Shown: in pieces, positions 1 through 9,137 of the stretch
Numbering within the stretch: position 1 is the first letter of the stretch
Layout: every line of letters begins with the position of its first letter
NCBI GenBank assembly: GCA_963643205.1
Contig: CAVIJJ010000001.1
Location: 134,651-198,650 of the forward strand
DNA: 64,000 nucleotides
Direction: 5' to 3'
Origin: a bacterium
GTDB lineage: Bacteria; Bacillota; Clostridia; Christensenellales; CAG-138
Notes under the pieces: generated by a model
Told to the model about the DNA's origin: nothing
The model's database searches: none
The model's input: only the letters and a program-made list of their open reading frames with translations
Made by a program: the position numbers and the translations under genes

Positions 1-923
1 ATGTCGCGTTTGACAATAACTATTGCAGGCCTAAAATGCAGCTTAACGGAACAATAAATATAACCGAAGGTCGGCATCCTGTTGTTGAAAGCGGAATGAA
101 AGGCGCTTTTGTTCCGAACAATGTTATGCTTGATCAAAAAGATAATCGCTTGCTTATTATTACCGGACCGAATATGGCCGGAAAAAGCACCTACTTGCGC
201 CAGGTAGCGATAATAACGCTTATGGCTCATATAGGTTCATTCGTACCGGCAAAGAAAGCCGCCATAACAATAGTGGATAGAATATTCACGCGAATAGGCG
301 CTTCGGATAATTTGGCTGGCGGGCAAAGTACGTTTATGGTTGAAATGAGCGAGGTTGCCGGAATACTGAACAACGCTACGAACCGAAGCTTACTTATACT
401 TGACGAAATAGGCAGAGGCACAAGCACTTTTGACGGGTTGAGCATTGCCTGGGCGGTTCTTGAATATATAGCGGATCCCGCAAGATGCGGAGCTAAGGCA
501 CTGTTTGCTACGCATTATCATGAGCTTACGGAGCTTGAAGGGAAATTGCCTGGCATAAAAAACTATAGAATTACCGTAAAGGAAGTTGGAGACGATATTA
601 TATTCCTTCGCCGAATTGTACGCGGCGGGGCCGACAGAAGCTTTGGCGTGCAGGTGGCGAGGCTTGCCGGGCTGCCGGACGATGTTATTTTAAGGGCAAA
701 GGAACTGCTGAAGCAGCTTGAAGCGGCCGATATAAATCATGATATCGAACCAATGCTGAGCGGCGATGAAAATCAGCAAATGTCGCTTTTTGGATCGTGC
801 TCGGCGGATGATATAATAGAATCGCTTAGCGAAATGCAGCTTGATACCATGACACCGATGGATGCGATGAACGCATTGTATGATTTACAGATGAGAGCGA
901 AGCTCAGAAAGGGCAGAAAATGA
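1..923 (+). CDS. mutS: DNA mismatch repair protein MutS, C-terminal part (5' end lies outside the window)
   Basis: The frame is open from base 3. Walker [26 protein letters not shown] and THYHEL motifs are present. The stop overlaps the mutL start (ATGA). Confidence 0.95.
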   Translation, partial: VAFDNNYCRPKMQLNGTINITEGRHPVVESGMKGAFVPNNVMLDQKDNRLLIITGPNMAGKSTYLRQVAIITLMAHIGSFVPAKKAAITIVDRIFTRIGASDNLAGGQSTFMVEMSEVAGILNNATNRSLLILDEIGRGTSTFDGLSIAWAVLEYIADPARCGAKALFATHYHELTELEGKLPGIKNYRITVKEVGDDIIFLRRIVRGGADRSFGVQVARLAGLPDDVILRAKELLKQLEAADINHDIEPMLSGDENQQMSLFGSCSADDIIESLSEMQLDTMTPMDAMNALYDLQMRAKLRKGRK

Positions 924-2875
924 GCCGTATTCATGTTTTGGACAGCTATACCGCAAACCGTATAGCCGCTGGTGAAGTCGTTGAACGGCCGGCATCGGTT
1001 GTGAAGGAACTGCTTGAAAACGCGATAGATGCCGGAGCAACCGCCGTTACCATAGAGACAACCGGCGGCGGCCTTGAATCTATACGCGTAAGCGATAACG
1101 GCGTCGGTATAGCCGCAGAAGACGTTGCCACAGCTTTTTTGCCGCACGCGACGAGCAAAATATCAAATACCGACGATCTGTTTTCCATTAATACTCTTGG
1201 GTTCCGCGGAGAAGCCTTGCCAAGCATAGCCGCCGTTTCAAAGGTTACCATGCGGACAAAGCAGAAAGACGCGCCAAATGGCGTGCTTCTGCGCATAAAC
1301 GGGGGCGACATAATAGAAAATCACGAGGCTGGTGTTCCGGACGGAACTACCATTGAATGTAATGATCTGTTCTATAATGTTCCCGCAAGGCTGAAATTTA
1401 TCAAGAGCGCCAGAGCCGAATCCGCACATATAAGCGATTATGTGTCAAGAATGATAATGGCAAGGCCCGATATAAAGATTAAACTTATTCAATCCGGCAG
1501 AACCGTATACCATAGCGAAGGTGACGGGGAACTGGACAGCGCGATTGCCTGCGTATACGGAAACGATATTCTTAAAGACCTTCGTGATATATATTATGAC
1601 GACGGATATTTCACTCTTGTAGGCTTTATAGGAACGGAGCAGATTGGGCGCGCTACAAGGGCGGCACAATCCTTTTACGTAAACTGCCGATATATTCGCT
1701 CGCAAAAGCTTTCGTATGCGCTTCAGAGAGCATACGACACTCGTCTTATGCAGGGCAGGTTTCCTTTTGCGGTGATGCATATAGAAATCGCACCGGAAGA
1801 AATCGATGTAAACGTTCATCCTAATAAGCTTGAGGTTAGATTTAGGCACGAAGACAGAATAATGGGAGCGTTTGTAACGGAGTGCAGAAAAGCGCTGGAA
1901 AGAGCCGAAAATGAGGAGTTTGACTTTAACGCGCCTGAAATAAAAAAGCTGATTATGCTTGAAGACTGCTATGCGGAGGCAGGAATAGTTCCGACGAAAA
2001 TTGAACCTGATGTAGCGTTGAGGACAAATACTGAAACACATATAGACTTAACGGCTCTGCCGCCAAGTGCTTTTATGCCAAAGTATGATGTTTCGTCTGC
2101 TATGACTGTGCATGACAAAGAATCCGGCAAGCAAACTTACGAAGATAGCTCTGATGTCTCAAGCAAGGAAACGGATGAAATTAATTGGCCGTCTTTTCAA
2201 AAAAGCGAGCAACCTGTTTCAGAAGATTTGAAAGAAGCAAGTGAAGAGGAAAAGACAAGCGTTGAAAAACTGAATATAACTCCGGTGCAGCAAAGGGTGG
2301 ATTTCACACAGTACGAGATAATAGGTCAGCTTTTCAGCTGTTACTGGATAGTACAGCATGACGATGAAGTTATATTTATAGATCAACATGCCATGCATGA
2401 GCGCAGACTTTATGAAAGAATAATAGAAAAAGACATTCCTGCGGATTCACAGCAGCTGCTTGTACCGCAAATAATCAAGCTGAGCCCGATGGACTTTGCT
2501 CTGCTTACTGAAAACTTGGACAGGTTCAAAGAAATAGGATTTGACATTGAAGAGTTCGGTGCTCTGTCTGTAAGCGTTAGGGCTGTGCCTGTAATAATGG
2601 ATAAAAAGGACGTAAAGCAGTTTCTAACGGACGCGATAGCGCTCTTTGATGCGAAAAACAAGCTCACAACGATTGATATGAAGCGCAGCGCTTTGATAAC
2701 ACGCGCGTGTAAATCGGCGATAAAAGCAGGGGAGAGGATAAGCGAAAGTGAGATAAGAGCGCTGCTGGATCAATATGACAAAGAAGGCGTTCCTCTGACC
2801 TGCCCGCACGGACGACCGATTATGGCACGCATGACCAAGACGGAGTTTGAAAAGTTGTTTAAGCGTATAGTATGA
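920..2875 (+). CDS. mutL: DNA mismatch repair protein MutL
   Basis: N-terminal GHKL ATPase motifs ([31 protein letters not shown]) and a C-terminal dimerisation/endonuclease region. Classic mutS-mutL order. Confidence 0.95.
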   Translation: MSRIHVLDSYTANRIAAGEVVERPASVVKELLENAIDAGATAVTIETTGGGLESIRVSDNGVGIAAEDVATAFLPHATSKISNTDDLFSINTLGFRGEALPSIAAVSKVTMRTKQKDAPNGVLLRINGGDIIENHEAGVPDGTTIECNDLFYNVPARLKFIKSARAESAHISDYVSRMIMARPDIKIKLIQSGRTVYHSEGDGELDSAIACVYGNDILKDLRDIYYDDGYFTLVGFIGTEQIGRATRAAQSFYVNCRYIRSQKLSYALQRAYDTRLMQGRFPFAVMHIEIAPEEIDVNVHPNKLEVRFRHEDRIMGAFVTECRKALERAENEEFDFNAPEIKKLIMLEDCYAEAGIVPTKIEPDVALRTNTETHIDLTALPPSAFMPKYDVSSAMTVHDKESGKQTYEDSSDVSSKETDEINWPSFQKSEQPVSEDLKEASEEEKTSVEKLNITPVQQRVDFTQYEIIGQLFSCYWIVQHDDEVIFIDQHAMHERRLYERIIEKDIPADSQQLLVPQIIKLSPMDFALLTENLDRFKEIGFDIEEFGALSVSVRAVPVIMDKKDVKQFLTDAIALFDAKNKLTTIDMKRSALITRACKSAIKAGERISESEIRALLDQYDKEGVPLTCPHGRPIMARMTKTEFEKLFKRIV

Positions 2876-3831
2876 AGAAGCCAAATTTATTTATCATAAC
2901 GGGGCCAACTGCCTCCGGGAAAACCGCGGCCTCAATTTCGGTCGCTCGGCTGATTAACGCAGAAATAATATCCGCGGATGCGATACAACTTTATAAAGGC
3001 CTTGATATAGGCTCCGCGAAACCCACGGATGAAGAGAAATGTGGCATAAAACATTATATGATGGACTGCATATCTCCGAATGAAGCGGATTTTACTGTGT
3101 CCAGGTTTAGAGATGGTGCGCTCGAAGCCGCAAGAGAAATAATTAACAAGGGCAAAAAACCGCTGGTTGTGGGCGGTACGGGTTTGTATATAAACTCTCT
3201 CACGTACCCGTTGACTTTTTCAAATATTGCTCCGGACAGTGAACTGAGGCAGGAACTTATCAGAAAAGAGCAGGAGCAAAAAGGCTCTTTGCATGAACTG
3301 CTTTGCCAAATGGATGAAAAAACTGCGGATCGTTTGCATCCTAATGATATAAAACGAATAGTCAGAGCCCTTGAAATATGCATAAAAAGCGGACAAAAGG
3401 CATCTGAACAGGGGGAAGGGTTTGGCCATAGGGACGACGACTCGCTGGAATTTGAGCCTGTAATGGCCGGAATTACAATGAATAGGGCTGCTCTTTACAA
3501 ACGTATTGAAAAGCGCGTAGACAATATGTTTAGTGATGGGCTTGTTGATGAGGTGCGTTCTTTACTTAAACAGGGCTGCACACATAACCTGCCCGCTATG
3601 CAGGGACTTGGATACAAAGAAACGATAGCGTATATAAACGGCGAGTGTACATTGGATGAGGCTAAGGAGAAAATAAAGCGAGAAACGCGACGATTTGCGA
3701 AGCGTCAATTAACATGGTTTAGAAGAGAAGAACGTATACGCTGGTTTGATTCGGATGAATATAAAAACAGCGATGAACTTGCAAAGGCCATAACAGAGTA
3801 TTTTATGTTGCAGGAGGGACAAAATGGGTGA
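2872..3831 (+). CDS. miaA: tRNA dimethylallyltransferase MiaA
   Basis: P-loop GPTASGKT. Length and mutL-miaA-hfq synteny fit. 4-nt overlap with mutL. Confidence 0.93.
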   Translation: MKKPNLFIITGPTASGKTAASISVARLINAEIISADAIQLYKGLDIGSAKPTDEEKCGIKHYMMDCISPNEADFTVSRFRDGALEAAREIINKGKKPLVVGGTGLYINSLTYPLTFSNIAPDSELRQELIRKEQEQKGSLHELLCQMDEKTADRLHPNDIKRIVRALEICIKSGQKASEQGEGFGHRDDDSLEFEPVMAGITMNRAALYKRIEKRVDNMFSDGLVDEVRSLLKQGCTHNLPAMQGLGYKETIAYINGECTLDEAKEKIKRETRRFAKRQLTWFRREERIRWFDSDEYKNSDELAKAITEYFMLQEGQNG

Positions 3832-4072
3832 TATACGCGGCAATCTGCAGGATGAGTTTTTAAATCAAATACGCAAGGATAAACTTCCTGTAAGCATACA
3901 TGTTATAAACGGCTACCAGTTTAACCACCTTAAGGTGATAAGCTTTGATAATTATGTCATTCTTGCGGAGGATGACAGGGGAGTGCAGAGAATGATTTAT
4001 AAGCATGCCGTGTCAACTATAACTTTGGAGCAAAAAAACGTTAAGGAGGAGAAATCGGAAACAGATGACTAA
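3824..4072 (+). CDS. hfq: RNA chaperone Hfq
   Basis: 82 aa with Sm1/Sm2-like blocks (VSIHVINGYQFNHLKVISFDNYVILAED...YKHAVSTI), located immediately after miaA. Confidence 0.9.
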   Translation: MGDIRGNLQDEFLNQIRKDKLPVSIHVINGYQFNHLKVISFDNYVILAEDDRGVQRMIYKHAVSTITLEQKNVKEEKSETDD

Positions 4073-5363
4073 CGATGGAATAAACGCGATAGTACGCGAA
4101 TTGGGTATATCTAAGCAGGCCTATGAATTCGTACGCACGGCCGAAGACAGCATAAAAGGTGTTTATGAACGAATAGACGCAACGGCAGAGGTAAATTTTG
4201 CCAGGGTTTTAGCCGGATTCAAGGAGGAAAACGTAGGCCTTAGGCATTTTGCGCCTACTACTGGTTATGGTTATGATGATACCGGGCGCGATACGCTTGA
4301 CAGACTGTTTGCGCACGCCCTGTTTGCAGAAGACGCGCTGGTCAGGCCGCAGATTACATCCGGAACACACGCACTGTATTTAGCTCTTTCGGGACTTTGC
4401 CAAATGGGAGACTCGGTAGTCGCGGCATCGGGAAAACCTTATGATACTCTTGAAAACGCTATAGGACTGAGCGGAGACCATCCGCATTCATTAAAAAAAC
4501 AAGGCGTAACATTTGATTATGTTGATCTGAATGAGGACGGAAGCATAAATATAGCCGCTGTGCTTGACATGATAGAGAAGAAAAACGCCGCCGTGCTTTA
4601 TGTTCAACGTTCGCGCGGATACGCTTGGCGTGATTCATTGCTTGTGAATGAGCATATGGCACCGCTATTTAAGATTGTTAAACAGAAAAAGCCGGATATA
4701 GCAATATTTGTTGATAATTGTTACGGCGAATTTACGGATGTTGTCGAGCCGCTGAGCGTTGGAGCCGATATAATAGCGGGTTCGCTGATAAAAAATCCGG
4801 GCGGCGGAATTGCACCCACAGGCGGGTATATAGCGGGAAAGGCAAAATATATCAAACGAATAGAAAACCTGCTCACGGTGCCCGGAATGGGCCGTGAGGT
4901 AGGCTCTTACGCGGCAAGCTATCGCCCGTTCTATCAGGGATTGTATATGGCACCGCATACTACTGCTCAGGCCTTAAAGGGCGCGGCATTGTTTGCGCGG
5001 GTATTTGAGATGCTTGGAATGGAGACAATGCCGGCTTCGGACGCTAAACGTTCCGATATAGTTCAGGCGGTTCGCTTTAATGAGGCCGAAGGACTCATAT
5101 CATTCTGCCGCAGCATACAGAGCGCGTCTCCTGTTGACTCTGCCGCCGTACCCGAACCGTGGGATATGCCGGGATATACGTCCCAGGTTATAATGGCCGC
5201 AGGGGCATTTGTGCAGGGCTCATCAATAGAACTCAGTGCAGATGCGCCCATAAGAAAACCCTACACGGCATATGTGCAGGGAGGGTTGACATACGAGCAT
5301 TGCTCTCTTGCGGTTATGATGGTACTTACGGATCTTATAAAGAACGGCATTGCCAAGCTTTAA
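4065..5363 (+). CDS. ynbB: PLP-dependent Cys/Met-metabolism family protein (aluminium-resistance / YnbB family)
   Basis: 432 aa. Overall similarity by eye to the YnbB-type methionine gamma-lyase-like family. Overlaps the hfq end by 8 nt. Confidence 0.75.
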   Translation: MTNDGINAIVRELGISKQAYEFVRTAEDSIKGVYERIDATAEVNFARVLAGFKEENVGLRHFAPTTGYGYDDTGRDTLDRLFAHALFAEDALVRPQITSGTHALYLALSGLCQMGDSVVAASGKPYDTLENAIGLSGDHPHSLKKQGVTFDYVDLNEDGSINIAAVLDMIEKKNAAVLYVQRSRGYAWRDSLLVNEHMAPLFKIVKQKKPDIAIFVDNCYGEFTDVVEPLSVGADIIAGSLIKNPGGGIAPTGGYIAGKAKYIKRIENLLTVPGMGREVGSYAASYRPFYQGLYMAPHTTAQALKGAALFARVFEMLGMETMPASDAKRSDIVQAVRFNEAEGLISFCRSIQSASPVDSAAVPEPWDMPGYTSQVIMAAGAFVQGSSIELSADAPIRKPYTAYVQGGLTYEHCSLAVMMVLTDLIKNGIAKL

Positions 5364-5992
5364 TACTGCCTATAAAGACCTATAAGTTTACCGATTATTT
5401 CTACATCTTTAATATCGACGATAATTGGCTGCATGCCTCTGTTTTCAGGCTGCAGCCTTATTTTATCGTTTTTTTCATAAAATATGCGTTTTAAGGTTGC
5501 ATCCTCACCCGAAACTCGCACAACACCTATTTCCCCGGAATCAATGCCCATTCCGCGATGAACTACTATTGTGTCGCCATCGTTTATGCCGGCCTCTATC
5601 ATGCTTTGACCATGAACGGTTAACATGAATACCTCATTTTCTTCGGCACCTTTCAGCAGATGCTTCGGCATAAGGTAATAATCCTGAATGCTTTCAACAG
5701 CCAATATCGGCATACCGGCGGCTACGCAGCCAACCAGCGGTACTGATTGCATATCGGTATCGGCAGTACGCTTAAACGCATTCTCGGGAAGGGTGATGGT
5801 ACGTTGCTTTGACGGGTTGCAGATTATAAGCCCCTTCTCGGCAAGGTTGGATAAGTGCATATGCACGGTAGAAGTGGATTTTAGCCCAAGCGCTGCTCCT
5901 ATTTCGCGTACGGTCGGCGGATAAGAGTTAACGGATATGAACTCCTTTATATAATTATATACCGCTTTTTGTGTTTCGCCGGATTTGCGCAT
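5360..5992 (-). CDS. lexA: SOS repressor LexA
   Basis: N-terminal winged HTH, an Ala-Gly cleavage region (VAAGMPI), and the S24 peptidase part (GQSM...LKR). I chose the start at 5992 (MRKSGE...) because a GGGAGG RBS lies 8 nt upstream; the longer ORF start at 6037 has none. Confidence 0.93.
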   Translation of the reverse strand: MRKSGETQKAVYNYIKEFISVNSYPPTVREIGAALGLKSTSTVHMHLSNLAEKGLIICNPSKQRTITLPENAFKRTADTDMQSVPLVGCVAAGMPILAVESIQDYYLMPKHLLKGAEENEVFMLTVHGQSMIEAGINDGDTIVVHRGMGIDSGEIGVVRVSGEDATLKRIFYEKNDKIRLQPENRGMQPIIVDIKDVEIIGKLIGLYRQY

Positions 5993-6036
5993 ATGGCTAA
6001 CCTCCCTAGATTGTGGTATCATATATCTGCAAGCCA

Positions 6037-6065
6037 ATTATAGCACAAGCTGTTGGCTGATGCAA
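6037..6065 (-). promoter_or_regulatory. lexA promoter (TTGCAT -17 nt- TATAAT)
   Basis: On the minus strand: -35 TTGCAT (6065-6060), an exact 17-nt spacer, and -10 TATAAT (6042-6037). Confidence 0.65.
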
Positions 6066-6076
6066 ACTTTTGTTCT
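6063..6076. promoter_or_regulatory. Candidate LexA (Cheo-type) box AGAACAAAAGTTTG
   Basis: Plus strand reads CAAACTTTTGTTCT. This fits the Firmicutes core GAAC-N4-GTTC in 7 of 8 core positions. It overlaps the -35 of the lexA promoter and lies 50 nt upstream of the divergent small ORF. Confidence 0.55.
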
Positions 6077-6125
6077 GTATTCAATTGATATTACGGAACG
6101 CTTTACAAAGGAATGGTGTGCGATA

Positions 6126-6506
6126 ATGAGTGCTAAAAAGCCATACAGAACCCCGGAAGGGGATATGTGCGATCTTGATCCGAACAAGATATGCGATAAT
6201 TGCATGAAGTGCGTAAATAAAACCGGCGCGGATTATACCGAGATCCTTGCTGATTTTGACCCCGAGTCTATAAGAGTTTTTACTCCCGGGGAAGGTGACG
6301 AAGAGATAAACGAGCCAATAGAGCCTCTGGATATAGATCCGGAGCTTGTGGCGGAGTGGGAAGAGAAGCTGCGCGCGGCGGAAGAAGCCGAAAGAAACGG
6401 CGAGAAGGTCGAAATGGTAGAGGAGGAGCTTATTGAACCGATAGGCTTCCGCGGCGTACGTAAAAAGAGCGAGCACATTTCGCATATACGCCACGGCCAT
6501 AACTAA
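6126..6506 (+). CDS. Hypothetical small acidic protein with an N-terminal C-x6-C-x2-C-x2-C motif
   Basis: 126 aa starting at MSAKKP, with AAGGAA upstream. The sequence is protein-like: a Cys cluster followed by an E/D-rich helical tail. No family recognised. Confidence 0.6.
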   Translation: MSAKKPYRTPEGDMCDLDPNKICDNCMKCVNKTGADYTEILADFDPESIRVFTPGEGDEEINEPIEPLDIDPELVAEWEEKLRAAEEAERNGEKVEMVEEELIEPIGFRGVRKKSEHISHIRHGHN

Positions 6507-7559
6507 TTAATCATCTCTAAGCTTTATTACTTTTGCGGCAAGCCTGCGCCTGTCCTCGGATACGGCGGCGTAATGCTTGCGCGTTGTATTAACGTCTTTG
6601 TGGCCAAGAACGTCGGCCACCAAATAGATGTCGCCGGTTTCTCTATAAAGATTGGTGCCATACGTGCTCCTTAGCTTATGAGGCGATATTTTCTTTAGAG
6701 GGACTGCAATTTTAGCGTATTTCTCAACCAAATTTTCCACTGCCCGCACGGTAATGCGAGTTTTTTGCAACGAGAGAAAAAGAGCGTTTTCGTGCCCGGG
6801 AGCCGCTTGAATATGCTCCCTGTCGAGCATATATTGCAGCAGGGCCTCGCGTGCCTCATCTCCGAATACCAAAATATCCTGCTTGCCGCCTTTACGTATG
6901 ATAGAAAACTCATTTGAAGTGAAGTTTATATCATCCATGTCTATGCCGACGAGTTCACTTATACGTATTCCCGTACCCAGAAAAAGGGTGAGTATTGCCA
7001 GGTCGCGAGCCTGCGTTTTTTTGTGATATGCTTTTTGCTTTTCTGTCAGTCCGTCACCGTTTTGCACAATATCAAGCAAATCGGCAACCTCATTCGGCTC
7101 AAGGCGGATTATAGCCTTATCCCTGATTGTCGGCAGATCAACGAGCGAGGGAGCGTTGTGACTAAGTTTTTCTTTTTTATAAAAGTACTTATAAAGCGAA
7201 CGAAGGCTTGAGAGCTTTCGCGCTTTAGACCGCTCCTGATTAACTTTTTCCCGTTCCTCATCATCAACGTAAACACTCACATAGCTTAGATATATTTCGA
7301 TATCGGTAACGCTGACCGTATCTATATCCGAAAGGGTAAGGGATCTGATATCGGCATAATCAAACCTAGATGTTTCCTTTATTAAAAACGAAAAGAAGTT
7401 TTTAATATCGCCCGCGTAAGCTACACGGGTTCTGATAAGCGTTTCATTTTCTATGCCGCGAAAAAACTCGGCGCAGAATGCCGGCAACTCTGAAATCAGA
7501 TGCTTTAGTTGCAGCATGTATTGTTTGTACTGGGCGGAGTCAAAAGTTTGGTTAGCCAT
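6507..7559 (-). CDS. Site-specific tyrosine recombinase, XerC/XerD/integrase family
   Basis: Complete catalytic set is visible (GIRISE Arg, HKLRST, LGH, terminal HY Tyr) and there is an N-terminal SAM-like core-binding domain. 350 aa. Confidence 0.85.
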   Translation of the reverse strand: MANQTFDSAQYKQYMLQLKHLISELPAFCAEFFRGIENETLIRTRVAYAGDIKNFFSFLIKETSRFDYADIRSLTLSDIDTVSVTDIEIYLSYVSVYVDDEEREKVNQERSKARKLSSLRSLYKYFYKKEKLSHNAPSLVDLPTIRDKAIIRLEPNEVADLLDIVQNGDGLTEKQKAYHKKTQARDLAILTLFLGTGIRISELVGIDMDDINFTSNEFSIIRKGGKQDILVFGDEAREALLQYMLDREHIQAAPGHENALFLSLQKTRITVRAVENLVEKYAKIAVPLKKISPHKLRSTYGTNLYRETGDIYLVADVLGHKDVNTTRKHYAAVSEDRRRLAAKVIKLRDD

Positions 7560-7584
7560 AAAAGAGTGACCGATCCTTTCAATA

Positions 7585-7624
7585 TATAACTATTCGCTAA
7601 ACACAAGTTTAACGAATAGTTATA
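7585..7624. repeat. 40-nt near-perfect inverted repeat / hairpin (TATAACTATTCG..CGAATAGTTATA)
   Basis: Two 12-bp perfect arms plus an inner TAAAC/GTTTA pairing. It lies between the rnhA stop and the recombinase start. There is no flanking U-tract. Confidence 0.8.
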
Positions 7625-7658
7625 CCAAAATCAAGACTAAAAATTGCTTTTTTCGCGA

Positions 7659-8102
7659 TTATTTGGAAATAAGCGCTTTTATTGCTTCCCGAGCAAGCTT
7701 ATCACAGCGGTTGTTGTTTTCGTTGTCACTATGACCTTTAACCTTAATGAAGCAGACGTCATGTTCACTTGTAAGCTCAATTAATCTTTCCCAAAGATCG
7801 CGATTCTCAACAGGCTTTCCGGAAGATGTTGTCCAGTTGTTTTTAGTCCAGCTTTTAATCCACCCTTCATTGAAAGCGCGGCACAGATACGCGCTGTCTG
7901 AATACAGCCGAACCTTACAGGGTTCTTTAAGTATGTTTAGGGCTTCTATGGCTGCGGTCAGCTCCATTCGGTTATTGGTTGTGTCCGCGCAAGCACCGCT
8001 GAGTTCTTTTACGAATGCTTTATATATCAGTATTGAGCCCCAGCCACCCGGCCCCGGATTGCCGGAACAGGCGCCGTCAGTATAGATAGTTAGCTCTTTC
8101 AC
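7659..8102 (-). CDS. rnhA: Ribonuclease HI
   Basis: DGACSGNPGPGGWG, TNNRMEL and HSDNENNNRCDKLA motifs. I prefer the GTG start at 8102 because AAGGAG lies 10 nt upstream; the ORF-track ATG at 8174 has no RBS. Confidence 0.88.
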   Translation of the reverse strand: MKELTIYTDGACSGNPGPGGWGSILIYKAFVKELSGACADTTNNRMELTAAIEALNILKEPCKVRLYSDSAYLCRAFNEGWIKSWTKNNWTTSSGKPVENRDLWERLIELTSEHDVCFIKVKGHSDNENNNRCDKLAREAIKALISK

Positions 8103-8221
8103 GAGTGCATTTCTCCTTAAATCTCTTGATTTATGAACGCAGAAATTATACCATATATAAGCATTTTTTACCAAGTAAATGCACTATATTGATTTTTTTG
8201 CATAAAAATGAAATTTATGTG

Positions 8222-8250
8222 TTGACATTCTGAGGGATATGCGGTATAGT
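8222..8250 (+). promoter_or_regulatory. tRNA operon promoter (TTGACA -17 nt- TATAGT)
   Basis: Consensus -35 at 8222-8227, a 17-nt spacer, and -10 at 8245-8250. It sits 30 nt upstream of the first tRNA. Confidence 0.7.
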
Positions 8251-8280
8251 ATCACTTGTCGCTAAGAGCGAACGGTGCTT

Positions 8281-8357
8281 CGGGGTGTAGCGCAGTCCGG
8301 TAGCGCACGTGCTTTGGGAGCATGGGGCCGGGGGTTCAAATCCCTTCACCCCGACCA
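8281..8357 (+). tRNA. tRNA-Pro (anticodon TGG)
   Basis: Cloverleaf folded by eye: acceptor CGGGGTG/CACCCCG, anticodon loop TTTGGGA, T-loop GGTTCAAATCC, encoded CCA. Confidence 0.9.
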
Positions 8358-8363
8358 ATATAT

Positions 8364-8439
8364 GGCCCCTTGGTCAAGCGGTCTAAGACACCGCCCTTTC
8401 ACGGCGGTAACAGGAGTTCGAGTCTCCTAGGGGTCACCA
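8364..8439 (+). tRNA. tRNA-Glu (anticodon TTC)
   Basis: Acceptor GGCCCCT/AGGGGTC, anticodon stem CCGCC/GGCGG with loop CTTTCAC, T-loop GTTCGAGTC, encoded CCA. Confidence 0.9.
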
Positions 8440-8468
8440 CTTCCCCATAGCGATGGGTGTTAAGAAAT

Positions 8469-8545
8469 GGGCCTTTAGCTCAGTTGGTCAGAGCGGTCGG
8501 CTCATAACCGATTGGTCCGGGGTTCGAGTCCCTGAAGGCCCACCA
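8469..8545 (+). tRNA. tRNA with CAT anticodon (elongator Met or Ile2; not initiator-like)
   Basis: Anticodon loop CTCATAA. The anticodon stem lacks the three consecutive G-C pairs typical of an initiator. Encoded CCA. Confidence 0.85.
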
Positions 8546-8574
8546 TTTTCTTAGCTTCGAACTTTTTAAATCAT

Positions 8575-8651
8575 GGCCCGGTGGTGCAGTTGGTTAGCAC
8601 GTCAGCCTGTCACGCTGAAGGTCAGGGGTTCGAGCCCCCTCCGGGTCGCCA
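8575..8651 (+). tRNA. tRNA-Asp (anticodon GTC)
   Basis: Acceptor GGCCCGG/CCGGGTC, anticodon loop CTGTCAC, T-loop GGTTCGAGCCC, encoded CCA. Confidence 0.9.
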
Positions 8652-8659
8652 AACTTCCT

Positions 8660-8735
8660 GCCTCGGTAGCTCAGCTGGTAGAGCAAGGGACTGAAAATCC
8701 CTGTGTCGGTGGTTCGACTCCACTCTGAGGCACCA
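8660..8735 (+). tRNA. tRNA-Phe (anticodon GAA)
   Basis: GCCTCGGTAGCTCAGCTGGTAGAGC 5' half, anticodon loop CTGAAAA, encoded CCA. Confidence 0.9.
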
Positions 8736-8753
8736 TATGCCATTACAGTGTTT

Positions 8754-8829
8754 GCTGGTGTAGCTCAATTGGCAGAGCAACTGATTTGTAATCAGTAGGT
8801 TGCGGGTTCAAGTCCCTTCACCAGCTCCA
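8754..8829 (+). tRNA. tRNA-Thr (anticodon TGT)
   Basis: Acceptor GCTGGTG/CACCAGC, anticodon loop TTTGTAA, encoded CCA. Confidence 0.9.
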
Positions 8830-8848
8830 TTGATAAATGATTTGCCGT

Positions 8849-8933
8849 GGATGGGTTCCCGAGCGGCCAAAGGGAGCGGACTGTAAATCCGTTGTCACAG
8901 ACTACGATGGTTCGAATCCATCCCCATCCACCA
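8849..8933 (+). tRNA. tRNA-Tyr (anticodon GTA), class II with long variable arm
   Basis: Acceptor GGATGGG/CCCATCC, anticodon loop CTGTAAA, extra arm, encoded CCA. Confidence 0.88.
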
Positions 8934-8939
8934 ATATTC

Positions 8940-9026
8940 GCGGGAATGGCGGAATTGGCAGACGCGCACGGTTCAGGTCCGTGTGAGGGCGACTTCATGC
9001 AGGTTCAAGTCCTGTTTCCCGCACCA
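8940..9026 (+). tRNA. tRNA-Leu (anticodon CAG), class II
   Basis: Acceptor GCGGGAA/TTCCCGC, anticodon loop TTCAGGT, long variable arm, encoded CCA. Confidence 0.88.
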
Positions 9027-9061
9027 GAGAAGGCTTCAATGAGATTGGAGCCTTCTCTTTT
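9027..9061 (+). terminator. Rho-independent terminator of the tRNA operon
   Basis: 9-bp perfect stem GAGAAGGCT/AGCCTTCTC followed by TTTT. Confidence 0.75.
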
Positions 9062-9137
9062 ACACTCTGAATGATTTTATCATTCTCCCCTGCCTTCTTT
9101 ATATCTAATATGAACTGAAACGGAGGACTTTGGTTTT

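Noticed and set aside
6507-7559. Tyrosine recombinase considered as a marker of a prophage or integrative element
   Set aside because: Its neighbours (lexA, rnhA, a tRNA operon) are core genes. I saw no phage, conjugation or cargo genes and no flanking direct repeats. It looks like a chromosomal Xer-type recombinase, although this cannot be proven without comparative data.
8792-9074. Two short ORFs (68 and 75 aa) overlapping the tRNA cluster
   Set aside because: They are translations across the tRNA-Thr/Tyr/Leu genes, and the tRNA cloverleaves fully explain the sequence.
9062-9137. Possible yybP-ykoY manganese riboswitch upstream of mntP
   Set aside because: Only 76 nt are available between the tRNA terminator and the mntP ATG, which is too short. 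I could find none of the conserved riboswitch segments.
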